This document shows positions 1 to 10,621 of a DNA stretch of 64,000 bases, in pieces. The first letter of the stretch is position 1. Every line of letters starts with the position of its first letter. Made by a program: the position numbers and the translations under genes. The stretch spans positions 59,458,001 through 59,522,000 of the forward strand of contig OX638153.1 of the NCBI GenBank assembly GCA_951804945.1, written 5' to 3'. The stretch is from Podarcis cretensis (lineage: Eukaryota). Below the pieces are notes generated by a model. The model ran no database searches. It was not told the origin of the DNA and worked only from the letters and a program-made list of their open reading frames with translations.

Positions 1-342
1 TGGGGCTGTTATGCCTAGAGCAGGCGAGCTGGGGCTCACGCGGAGGTGGAGCTTTAACCTCAGCTGATCTCCTTTTTCTTAGAAAATATAGTGGAGACAA
101 AATCCCATCCCCCACCCCACTGGGAGCCCATTGACTCACCCACGCAGGTCTCGCTGTCTCATAGCCATCTCAGTGCTTAATCTTCCCTTGTGTGACTTCT
201 GCTGTTGCTGCCATCTGCTAGAGGGGCAATGCTGCCTTCAGAAATCACCCTTAATCCGTGCTCAGGAAGGATGCCAGCTCTGCTCAACTGGCAGAGAATG
301 GGCCGAGCTCTGGGTGCATGTGACTACCGGCAGAGACAATGC

Positions 343-343
343 T

Positions 344-390
<47 letters not shown>
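343..390. repeat. (CT)n(GT)n microsatellite
   Basis: Seen directly. Confidence 0.95.
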
Positions 391-396
<6 letters not shown>

Positions 397-1096
397 CTGC
401 TGTAATGTCAACACAGAAGGGCTGCTGTGTGTGAACACTTTTATCTAGCTGCATGTGAGCTGGTACACTTTGCCGGAAAGCTCTAATTTTGACTCTAAAT
501 GTATTGCCTCATGAAAACTAATTATGTGATATTATTATTATTATTATTATTATTAAATAAATCTCAAAGTGGCTTACAACAATGCATTCTGTTGTGGACC
601 ACGTAAAATAATCTATTTGCCTTGGGGGTGGGGGAGAGACTTGGAGGTGTTCTTGCTATTTATTTGGCTACTGGGCAGAGCGCTGCAGGGATTCTGCAAC
701 ATGTTGCTCAATTTTACCAAAGTTTCTACAGAAGCAGAATTAAGAAGATCCAGAACTATGCTGATCCTCTCCCCTCCCGTCCTTGTGAAAATACATTCAT
801 GTGTGAGAGGCTGTGTGTTATTGTCCCTGTTTAACGTGCAGCTATAACTTACCCTAAGATGAACCAAAATAGGGTCACTTGTGTTCAGACTAACTACAAG
901 GAATGTACTCTGTTGAGAGCACCAGAACACCTTTTTGAGGCAAGTAGAATTTGAGTGGAGTGAGAGGTTGCTAGTACAATAAGATGTAAGTGGAGATTGG
1001 GCATAATGGTTGCTGCAGAGTCAGCCATAGGCCTACTTTCCTAAGTTTAAAAATCATAATTTGATCTCTCGACAGTGGTGCCAAATTCCTTTTTAG

Positions 1097-1298
1097 GTCT
1101 CTTTGTTTCATTTCTGCACTGTGACCCCCTTACTAAGTTCCACCTTGCTGGTACTGTCACCACCCCTGAGGGGTTCGTAGGGTCACATTCTCGGTTAATA
1201 TTAATTGGCCAAGATCAGCTTTCTCCAGAGCTGGCCTAGCTCAGGTTCCCTCTTGCTCTTAGATTAGCTGCAGCTTGATGCTGGAGTTCTGCGAGCAG
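1097..1298 (+). other. ZDHHC16: Possible non-coding 5'UTR exon of ZDHHC16
   Basis: Consensus donor CAG|GTAAGT at 1298/1299 and pyrimidine-rich acceptor ttcctttttag ending 1096; no transcript evidence. Confidence 0.35.
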
Positions 1299-1585
1299 GT
1301 AAGTGCCATCATTTCGTTCCTCCTCTTTTATCATTTTGGCCTCCTTAGCCCTGCTAGCTTTAGTAGACAGGTCTAAATTGGATGTTTTCCCCAACTGAGG
1401 CAGAGATGTCAAGGGAATATGCTGAACTCTCTCAAGACCAGGACTGGGTTTGGGAAGGTATCACTGTTGGCTCCCTTTCGCCAGTCAATTCTTTCTTAAC
1501 CCAGAAATATTTTGCAGAGATGAAAGGATGCATGGCAGCAAGGATTCAATCTTCTCCCTCCCTGCATGTCAGCTCTCTAAATCTC

Positions 1586-2020
1586 TCTTTTTTTTAAATA
1601 TAATTTTTACCAATTTCTTTTTTAACACAATATTTCAGCATACCAATAACAAAACAAATAAATTCTTTGCTCTACTGAGCTCGTGACTTCCCTCCATCCC
1701 TTCAACCGGTTTTTAATTTTCAAATCTTTGTGTCGCACTTTATATCCTCTACTTCAGACCTTTATATCCTTATGATCAACTCTGTCTCAATGGTCTATAA
1801 AGTTTTGCGATTTAGAGTTTCTTAGTTGCAGAATTTATATCAATCCCGCTAGTGTCTTCACATTTTTACAATAATTATTCATATACTCAATAAATTTACT
1901 GTCTTTGAAACTTTTGGTCGTCTTGGTTCCGGATCTTGCCTGTCAGCTTGGCCAGTTCCGCATAGTCCATCATCTTTGTCTGCCACTCCTCAATTGTTGG
2001 TAGTTCCTGCAGTTTCCATC
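1586..2020 (-). mobile_element. 5'-truncated L1-like LINE 3' end
   Basis: 17-bp TSD TCAGCTCTCTAAATCTC (1569-1585, 2021-2037); A-tail; minus strand encodes WKLQELPTIEEWQTKMMDYAELAKLTG. Confidence 0.85.
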
Positions 2021-2915
2021 TCAGCTCTCTAAATCTCATAGGTGCTCAGCTCTATATGGGCTTGTCTTCTATTGTGGAAGGGTCCATCCCTAACTCAAGG
2101 TATCCCCCCTACTCTAAAAATTCTAGACTACACCACAGCAAACAACTTTGGGGAAAAGGCACTGTGTCCCCGCCACTCATGAGATGCCTGGTTTCCTCAG
2201 TCATTCTCTCCCTTTGCTATGACAGCTGAAGAAGAGCCTGCTGGACCAGGTAATGACCTGTCTAGTCCACCATCCTGTTCTTACAGAGGCCAACCAGATG
2301 TCTGGGAGGAACCTGCAAGCAGGACCTGAGCACAGAAGCGCTCTCCCCTTCTGCCCTTCTGCAGTTTCCAGCAATTGGGATTCAGAACTGGGGGCAGAGC
2401 ATAGCCATCATGGCTAGTAGCCACTGATAGCTGTTTTCTCCATTATGTTGGGAAAGGAACTCCAAATGCAAACTTCATAGATGTGCCTCTTTGGCCTTTG
2501 GGGTGCTGTGTGTGCTCTGGGCAATCTCTTGCCCTTTGAACTCAGTGTATATACATTCACGCAAGGAGCCTGGGTATTCCATCTCGGAAGATAGGCAGGA
2601 GAATTGGCAGAGCCACAGAGGGGACACGTTCAACTCTGGGTGCATTCTACTAGCTGTCATTACTCACACGGACAGCAGTGGGTGAGCAAAACCTTTCCAC
2701 CAATGCTGCACTGGAGTCATCTGAAGTGAGAGTGACTCTTCACCCTCAGCACTATCCTATGATCAGCCGTGACTCTTCCACCATCCTACATCCCTTAGCA
2801 TCGTGATTCTGGAGCAGTAGAATATTTGGCACCAAGCCTTTGCCCTCCATCTAAACCCGATGTCCAGTATCTACTTAACACTGCTTCCTCTCTCCACAGA
2901 CTCTGAGTGGCAGGG

Positions 2916-3152
2916 ATGAGGAGCCGCCAGAGGATGTATTCTGCTGTCATGCGCTTCTTCCTGAAATGCCTGCGGATAGGTCAGCGGCGTCGGTTCTGGC
3001 TGACTAAGCATGTGGGGCAGCTCTGGCTGTACGGGCGCCTCTGTTTGCGCTCCCTGGTGTACAACTCCTTTGCTAATGGCGACACTGCTCTCGACGCCCT
3101 CTTTGAGCCCATCTACTGGCTGGTGGATCACGTCACCCGCTGGTTTGGGGTG
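2916..3152 (+). CDS. ZDHHC16: ZDHHC16 coding exon 1
   Basis: MRSRQRMYSAVMRFFLKCLR...FEPIYWLVDHVTRWFGV; acceptor ccacag at 2899, donor gtgagt. Confidence 0.95.
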
Positions 3153-6100
3153 GTGAGTATCTCGGGAGGAAAGGCAGCGGAGTGCAGCTTCAGGCCCACT
3201 GGAGACATGTTCAGCTCTAGGAAATAAAGAGTTTGAGCCCCGGGCTTCAAGCCACCATCAAACATCCAAGCTGGGCAAGGAGATACATGACCTTGCAGAT
3301 GTGGGAGGAGATGGCACTGATGCTTCGCTGAATTCTTTTGTGGTCCCCCAGCGCTGCTGTTTTCTTCAGATTATGGGGAGACCAAGTTGGGTTTAGCGTG
3401 GGGATCCATCCACTGGAAACATTCCTTCATCGACAGGGCGGAGACTTGTCTGCAGTGTGTTGGTGGCTCAGACCTTTCCCCCTTCCCCCTCAACAGGTGT
3501 TTGTGGCTCTGGTGATCACTCTGACCAGCTCAGTGGTGGTCATAGTGTACGTCTGCCTCTTGCCTCTCGTCTTGCGAACCTACCCCCTTCTTTGGATCTT
3601 CTGGCATTTCATCTATGGTCACTGGAACCTCGTCATGATTGTCTTCCACTACTATATGGCCATCACTACTCAGCCCGGTTTTCCTCCGCAGGTAGGGTAG
3701 AGGTACCAATATCTCTGATTTCACTTTTATTAAGTTTATTTTTTAACACTGAGATCCATGGTAGGACATGATTTCCTACCACTTCTTCTTTCACTGGTGA
3801 CTCTTACACAGAACGTTATGGACAAAGGGCTGATCTCGAGTTGCCACTGTGTGCAAGCTCCAGAGGGCCCATGTCCAAATATGCTTGACCCAGTGTGTTT
3901 TGGGTTAGTGTAAGGGCCATGGCACTCTTGCAACCACGCTAAAGGCTACTGATGTTCCTTCCAGCAGCAGTTGAAGAGCGATGTCGCTGCTGTCTCCATC
4001 TGCAGAAAATGTATTGCCCCGAAGCCTGCCCGGACCCACCACTGCAGCATCTGCAACAGGTGGGCATTCCCCTTGTATCAGACCAGTGTCACGTGTGAAA
4101 ACCCGAACCCTTTAAAGATGCTTTATGGGCAGGCAGATAACCAGGGTCATTTATCTTTCACATTGTATGTGAGCATGAAATGTCTTGTGGTAGCTCATGT
4201 AGAATCCTATGTCTGGCAAAGACTCCTGAGAATTTTAGAAAGCTTTCTGAACTCCACATTCCCCTCTTGGCATATACTTCTTGCGATTCTCTCTTATATT
4301 TTCCATAAATATCCAAATACTTGTTTCAGAATAAAGCACGAGAATGCAGGAAGCATAACTCCTTGACTTATTGCACACTTTTGTGATCTTCATAATTTTG
4401 GATATGGAGTGAGAGTTTCCTCTGATGCAGAATTGCAATGACAATAATAATCTGGACATAGATGAATTGTTGCCTGTTTCTCATGCTGAAGTCTTGGAGT
4501 CCCTCTTTCAGCTGAGATATAACCTGTAAGAACATCAACAAAATTTCTCTGCACTGAAAAAGAAAGTACAGTAAATACAGGAAGGGCGGCATGGGAGCGA
4601 GAGAAAATAAAATTGTGTGGTTTTAATAAATTAGGCAAATATGTTCAGTCTGCAAATGTCTGTTTTGCATAATGTCTGCTACCTGTGGGATTAGGGATAA
4701 AGGACTATGCAGAACATCAGAGCTTGGGAAATGCTGCTCATTCCTCCTCCTCTTTGAATTTTCTTTGCTTTCTCCACTCACTTTAAACCTTTGGTTTTAT
4801 TTCCCAAGCCATAAAGGTTAGAAACTTGCCTTTTTAAATGAAAGAAAACATGCTCAAGAAGCTAAATTCTGCCAAATGCTGTGTAGCCTTGGGGTGCATC
4901 TGTGTACCTATAGACTATATGCATCTCTACCTTTAGGAACACCTGCAAGTTTGTGCAGAAGTCTCCTTACACTAAGGTAACATTGCCAAAGACTGCAGAG
5001 GGCTTTGTATTGAGGCCAGTGAGGAGCCAGTACCCAGCTCTCGCCAAGCAGCCTTCAGCCGGTCTCTTGCTTGCATGCACATTAAGGGATCGAGTGGTGA
5101 CTTGTTCTTGTTTTTCTTGCCTTGTGTTGCTGCACCGTGTCATGTTCCATAGCTGCATCATTTCCTTACTATTTAAGCTGCGCTGCGCTGTCAGCACCCC
5201 ATTCTCCTTCTGTCTCACCTCCAGTGTGCAATAGCGCCCTAACGCAAATGCTATTTCCCTTCCACAGGTGTGTGTTGAAGATGGACCATCACTGCCGTAT
5301 CCTTCTGCAGGCCCATAGCTGGACTGACTCCTGTAAGGTCACTTGTCCCAAGAACGCGATGATATATGCAAAGTGATAATATATATCCCCAGGGAAAGTA
5401 AAGGATGTCTTGAGATTAACTGGTCCAAGGGGGTAAACTCGCAACATTGAAGAGGAAAAGGAAAAGTATTTGTGCCGATCTCCTGTGAGGCATGTCTCAG
5501 TAAATGTTTTGGGAACAATCAGCTGCATTTCAGAGGGGGCATTCCTGTTTCAGCATCAAAGCGAAATGGTTCTTAGGCCAGAACTATTATTCCTTTTATG
5601 TGAAGCATCATCCCCTGTTCTTCTTACCTGCTGGGTTATGGCTTTATTAAAGTGTGTCCTGAGTAAGCAGATCTCCTCACTCCCCCAAACTGAAAGGAGC
5701 AGCAAAATTGGAAGGAGCCCAAACAGGTGGCATGGTATTAGGTGGATCAATTAAATCACCAGTACGGTTTGGGTGCAGATCCAGAATTGGCTATCCCCTG
5801 TTACACGGTGAGGAGGGTTGGGGATTTTTGCCTGCCTTTACAGACCTTTAACCCCAAGGGACAGCATGGCTAAACAACTGCGTGGGGCACTTCAACCACC
5901 GCTACTTCTTCTCCTTCATGCTGTTCATGACCATGGGCTGCATCTACAGCAGCGTCAGCGGCTGGGACCTATTCTGGGAGGCCTATGCTGCCATTGAGGT
6001 GAGGTTTCTGGCTGAACTGGGGTCTGTCTGGGCACATGGTGGCATGGGAGGGGGAGGGGCTCTTCCTCCTGGCCTGGTTAACTGCACGAGGAGTTACCTA

Positions 6101-8090
6101 GGCCGAGGAGAGCTGAGTGTGTGTAACTGGCAGCCTCTTTTCCATCCGATAGAAAATGAAACTGCTTGACAAGGGGAGACTGCACGTGACAGCCAATCAG
6201 GTGGGGTACCTGCTGCTCCGCTGCTCAAGTCAGGGACAGGGCAGAGCATGGTAGGGGAGCTTGCTGCTCTGCCCCAGCAATTGACTCTACAGCCGTGGCT
6301 GTGACTGCTCAGATTCCCTTTCCTGGGCAGAATCACTCCTTCCCTTCTTCCTCCTAAGGGAGCCCGAGCCCATTCAGCTGCAATTGGTTGTGCCATCGAG
6401 GGGAGGAACTGTTTGCACAACTGGCTAAGTGATGCTGTATTCTTGTCTTCCAAAAGAGATAATGTATGAATGGGGAGTAAGGGAAGTGAGTATTGAACCC
6501 CAGTACCCATGCTCTGCCCCATCGCTGATTCATGATCAAGACCCTTGCCTCCCAAGAGGTGTCTGTCTTGTGCTGTGCTGTCTGTCCACCCATTTGTCCT
6601 TGAAAGACCTCCACATCTCATTGGTTTGGGGTCACAGCATCCTCTGCTGCATCCTCGCATCTCTGGCCACCGCAACATCTGCTTTTTCCTTGCAGACTTA
6701 CTCTCAGACACCACCACCCACCTTCTCCTTCCGCCAGCGAGCTTTCCACAAGAGTATAGTGTATGCCTGGGTCCTCTGCAGGTAACTGATCTGGTTGTTT
6801 GGTGCTCATGGGGAAGAGGAGGGGCAAGTCTCTCCGGAAAGCTTTGAGAAAGCTGCCAAGTCAGCCTCTGGAGCACAGAGCTTTCTAGCTGTCTTATTCT
6901 CTGCTCTCTGCAAAAGCCTCATCCAGCTATCAGTGAGAGATAATAAGCTACTTGCTCCAGCTATTTCAGCTACTTGGTGTTTGTCCATCCGCTGCAACAT
7001 TCCTCTGTTCATTTCCCTGCAGTTCAGTAGCCTTGGCACTGGGCGCTCTCATGCTCTGGCATTCTGTCCTCATCACTCGTGGTGAGACCAGCATTGAAAG
7101 GCACATAAACCGCAAAGAAAGAAAGAGACTCCGACTAAAGGGCAAGGTGAGGAGGGCAAGGCTCAACCTTCAATGGGGGGGGGGGGAGAGAAAATGGAGG
7201 CAGAACAGCTGAGCTCACCTATTTGCTTGATGTGTGTGTCATGCTAAAGTTCCATCAGTTCAGGGTGTTTAGTCAGAAAAATAGCTAAAACAGGGCCTTT
7301 TCTCCTGCAGCCCCTTCCTATATAAACAAACTTCCTCTTGAGTTGACCCTGTTTTTCTCCGGATTCCAGAAAACACAAACTATTTTTAATCAGGCATGCA
7401 TTTGAATATTTTATTTGAATTAATTTTAATACATTATATAGAACTCAGCTACGTAAACAGGGAGACTTTTTTTTTTAAGAGTATCATTCCGTCACACTTA
7501 TTTTTGACCATTTGAATAATTCTGAAGTTTGACCATAGTCAGATTTCCCCAAGAGGGGTTGCTATGCAGAATGGAAGAATGAATAAATATGCCAGAACCA
7601 GGTCCTAGCAGAATATAATTTCATGCTACTTTTCCATTGGCCCTAGGTCTTCCAAAACCCATACAACTATGGTCCTTTGGGAAATTGGAAGGTTTTCCTG
7701 GGTGTGGAGACACAGAGGTGAGAACGGGAAATGCGCAGCTGGTATACTCTACATTTGCCCTGTCTTTTGGATAACAGGGTGCCTGGGGTTGGCTGGATCT
7801 TGACGAAGCAAAGTACTATTAGCACAGCTGAAGCTTCTTATTTTGCATTCCACAGTAATGCTGTAGCCCTCTAGGTTCTCTGTAATCTGGAAAATGCTTG
7901 GGCGGAATATACTAGCAAGCCTGTAAATGTCTTCCTGTGTTCCATTTATTCATTGAAAGATGTTCTCTTTTCTAGGCACTGGGTCACCCGAGTTCTACTA
8001 CCCTCCACACACACACCCTATGGATCTGGCCTGAGTTGGGAAACTCCACCCTGCATTGTGGAACAGAAGACTCCTCTCTTGACAATTTGA
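2916..8090 (+). CDS. ZDHHC16: Palmitoyltransferase ZDHHC16, full spliced CDS (10 coding exons, 1128 nt, 375 aa)
   Basis: join(2916-3152,3497-3691,3971-4059,5268-5296,5865-5998,6153-6200,6696-6781,7023-7146,7647-7717,7976-8090). All introns GT..AG with consistent phases. Contains the [51 protein letters not shown]; matches recalled human ZDHHC16; syntenic with MMS19. Confidence 0.97.
3497..3691 (+). CDS. ZDHHC16: ZDHHC16 coding exon 2
   Basis: VFVALVITLTSSVV...YGHWNLVMIVFHYYMAITTQPGFPPQ (TM helices). Confidence 0.96.
3971..4059 (+). CDS. ZDHHC16: ZDHHC16 coding exon 3
   Basis: [30 protein letters not shown]; triple CAG acceptor, so the start could be 3965, 3968 or 3971. Confidence 0.93.
5268..5296 (+). 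CDS. ZDHHC16: ZDHHC16 coding exon 4 (29-nt DHHC microexon)
   Basis: CVLKMDHHC; followed by U12-type donor GTATCCTT. Confidence 0.95.
5297..5864 (+). other. ZDHHC16: U12-type (minor spliceosome) GT-AG intron
   Basis: 5' end GTATCCTTCT; branch site CCTTTAAC at 5845-5852, 12 nt before the 3' end; no polypyrimidine tract. Confidence 0.93.
5865..5998 (+). CDS. ZDHHC16: ZDHHC16 coding exon 5
   Basis: [45 protein letters not shown]. Confidence 0.96.
6153..6200 (+). CDS. ZDHHC16: ZDHHC16 coding exon 6 (48 nt, symmetric phase 0, skippable)
   Basis: KMKLLDKGRLHVTANQ, resembles recalled human KMKQLDKNKLQAVANQ; tag/gtgggg boundaries. Confidence 0.88.
6696..6781 (+). CDS. ZDHHC16: ZDHHC16 coding exon 7
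   Basis: TYSQTPPPTFSFRQRAFHKSIVYAWVLC. Confidence 0.95.
7023..7146 (+). CDS. ZDHHC16: ZDHHC16 coding exon 8
   Basis: SVALALGALMLWHSVLITRGETSIERHINRKERKRLRLKGK (TTxE-like motif). Confidence 0.96.
7647..7717 (+). CDS. ZDHHC16: ZDHHC16 coding exon 9
   Basis: VFQNPYNYGPLGNWKVFLGVETQ (PaCCT-like motif). Confidence 0.95.
7976..8090 (+). CDS. ZDHHC16: ZDHHC16 last coding exon
   Basis: HWVTRVLLPSTHTPYGSGLSWETPPCIVEQKTPLLTI*; TGA 8088-8090. Confidence 0.95.
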
Positions 8091-8460
8091 TTTGATAAAG
8101 GGCAGAGTTGACCAGCTGCCGGAAGACGGGAAACCACAGGCTGCTTTCAAGGGGCAGCATAATGGACAGCACAGTTCCCCGAGGTGCTGGTGACATCACA
8201 TGCCACAATTGCACCAGCTGCAGCAAACTGCTCCAGCAGTCTTAGGATGAAGGTGGAAGAGGCCCCCCCCCCCAGCTGCAGGCAGCTGTGGTGAGACAGC
8301 AATGTCTTGCCCACACAATCCAGCCTATGTAGGATGAAGTATTGGTATTCCTGGTAGTGGAGGAAGGCGCAATATGCCCCCTGCCCCACCTCAGGACCCT
8401 GGCTGGTATGCCAGGGTCTTGTTACTCTTCCACTATGTAGGCAGGGATTTTTTAAATGAA

Positions 8461-8466
8461 AATAAA
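8461..8466 (+). terminator. Probable ZDHHC16 polyadenylation signal
   Basis: AATAAA about 370 nt after the stop, followed by GT/T-rich sequence. Confidence 0.7.
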
Positions 8467-9222
8467 AATCATTTTAATATGGTGTGGCATCTGTTCCTCT
8501 TTAGCAGAAGAGAAGGCACAATGGTGGCAATATCTTAAGAAACTGATTGATCTCTCTATAGCTCGCAACTGTCTTTTCAGAACAGATTCCAGGCAGTGCT
8601 GTTTTTACAGATAGTTGTAGGTCTTAAGAGATTTTGTTGGTCCCGGCCATTAGGTGTAAGGCCTTGGGGTGAAGTCTAAAAATATCTTTCAAAAGCCACA
8701 GATTGTCCCTACTCTTGTATATGTACCATTGCCAATTTTCCACTCTGTTCACCTCTCACCAAACTGCAGGTTTCTGTAGCCCTTTCAAGGCAGCAACATG
8801 AGAAGCTGATGCTACCTCTCAGTGTTCCGCCCTTCCATGTTTTTACAAATAATTTATGAGTAGTCCAGAACTAGTGGTACATAGTAGGATTAAAGGGGGT
8901 GGGGTGCTATGCAGGACTGGTTTTGTTTGACTACCTGAAACTCAGCTATGGAGCATGTATGAAAAGCAGCCCTGAGAAGTGTATGGTGGGGGGTTCTGTT
9001 ATAATAGCCAGGGGACATATGCCATTAAGCACTGCTTTCTTTGCAACCATCTACTTAAGAAGAGTAATTAGGCCTTTAACACAGCCCCAGGCCCCACCAT
9101 TAATTCAAGTTAAGGTGTGGTCAATGGCTAGACCAGTGTTTCTCAAACCTGGATCCCAACTCAAAACAAAATAAAAAAATTTCTTCCAGTAGCACCTTAA
9201 AGACCAACTAAGTTAGTTCTTG

Positions 9223-9260
9223 GTATGAGCTTTCGTGTGCATGCACACTTCTTCAGATAC
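9223..9260 (-). ncRNA. Second minimal hammerhead motif (mirror copy)
   Basis: Same core on the minus strand; stem I shortened to 4 bp (GTAT/ATAC). Confidence 0.65.
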
Positions 9261-9276
9261 GTGGTATCTGAAGAAG

Positions 9277-9318
9277 TGGTATCTGAAGAAGTGTGCATGC
9301 ACACGAAAGCTCATACCA
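9277..9318 (+). ncRNA. Minimal type I hammerhead ribozyme motif (Penelope-type)
   Basis: TGGTAT-CTGAAGA-A-GTGTG(CATG)CACAC-GAAA-GC-TC^ATACCA: 6-bp stem I, intact core, predicted cleavage after C9312. Confidence 0.8.
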
Positions 9319-9799
9319 AGAACTAACTTAGTTGGTCTTTAAGGTGCTACTGGAAGAAATTTTTTTATTTTGTTTTGACTATGGCAGACCAACACGGCCA
9401 CCTATCTGTAACTGGATCCCAACTGTTGGTGGACTACAATTCCCATCACCCCTGACCACTGATCCTGCTAGCTAGGGATGATGGGAGTTGTAGTCCAACA
9501 ACAGCTGGGGACCCAGGTTTGAGAAACGCTATTCAAGAGTAGGCACCTTGCCAGCAAACGTCTTACACCTAGGAAGGGTAAAGCATGGCCTCTCTACCAC
9601 TGAGGCTCAGCTGTTTTCCAGCATGTACAACGCTCTATGTCATGGCCAGTCATGTACTTTCATCGATTTTCAAATGCAGTTCTATTATGTTCATTAATGA
9701 GGGTTGTCACTGGAAAGACACAGCAGAGGAACTAGGGAGCTGTAACCTTTAATGCCATGTATAAATTTCAGATGGGCAGCAGTGGCACTCTTTAAAAAC

Positions 9800-9805
9800 T
9801 TTATT
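9800..9805 (-). terminator. Candidate distal MMS19 poly(A) signal
   Basis: AATAAA on the minus strand about 790 nt after the stop. Confidence 0.55.
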
Positions 9806-10324
9806 TGTAGAACACTTTCCAAACAAGCAAACTACCACCTCATTGCAGAATGCCACACAGGGGCTCAGGTGGATTTCTGAACTCATTTTACTGCCAAAGG
9901 CAGCTGCAGCTTCACCAGTTTAATACCAGTGGCTGATAATGAAGAAAGCAAACAACCACCAGCCTGCACTTACAGAAAAAGGCATACCAGATCAGTCAGC
10001 ATCTTCCTATGCTAGTTTGCTAGATTTCTCCAGCAGGTATCACATCAGACAGAACGTTCCTAGACACCTAGGCTCAGCTCTTGCAACTTGTATTCAGAAA
10101 TATTCTGTATTAAAGTAATTCACTGTTTGATCTTTGCATGAGAGGTGCTAAGTTCATGCAGTAGGCTTTAGTTCTATTAGCACATGAAAAATCTCTCTGT
10201 GCGCAGACACCATTATGGCAGGAAGGTGGGGAAGCTGCACTTAATATAAGGTGAAGGCAAGACCCTTATTTCTACTACTTCCCCACAAGAAGCACTTTTG
10301 CCAGAGGCTGTTAGCAAACAAGTT

Positions 10325-10330
10325 TTTATT
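10325..10330 (-). terminator. Candidate proximal MMS19 poly(A) signal
   Basis: AATAAA on the minus strand about 265 nt after the stop. Confidence 0.5.
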
Positions 10331-10593
10331 CTTCTGGCCCCATACATACATAATATATGGGGGTCCTGCCACCTCCACTCACTACCGCGCTGCAGCAGGA
10401 ACAGGGGCTGGCTGTTCCTTCCTACTGAACGCTGATGTTGTGATTAGGAAAGGGCAGTCCACAAAAAAGTCCTCTTCTGCCCAGAGCCTTGCTGCTTTGC
10501 ATGGAAATCTAGGCCCCAGGACATCAAGGCCGACAGCTTACCAGGTGAGTGGGGGCAGGTGAGATTGTCAGTCAGGATTTGCAGTGTGAACCT

Positions 10594-10621
10594 TCACCTG
10601 GCAGGTGTCCCAAGCAGAAAC
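10594..10621 (-). CDS. MMS19: MMS19 exon 31 (last coding exon)
   Basis: FLLGTPAR*; compare recalled human FLLGSPGS*. Confidence 0.94.

Larger units (their letters stand above)
9162..9411. mobile_element. Penelope-like element terminal fragment with inverted pseudo-LTR
   Basis: 13-bp TSD CTGGATCCCAACT (9149-9161, 9412-9424); perfect 100-bp inverted repeat (9161-9260 vs 9279-9378) plus a 33-nt unique tail; contains hammerhead motifs. Confidence 0.85.
9134..9531. mobile_element. hAT-like MITE hosting the Penelope-like insertion
   Basis: TIRs CAGTGTTTCTCAAACCTGG / CCAGGTTTGAGAAACGCT; internal palindrome ggactacaattcccatca / tgatgggagttgtagtcc; same family at 53580-53700 and 54158-54293. Confidence 0.8.

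Noticed and set aside
6094-6876. 260-aa minus-strand ORF antisense to ZDHHC16
   Set aside because: No recognisable domain; spans GC-rich introns and exons of the sense gene; no splice or promoter support.
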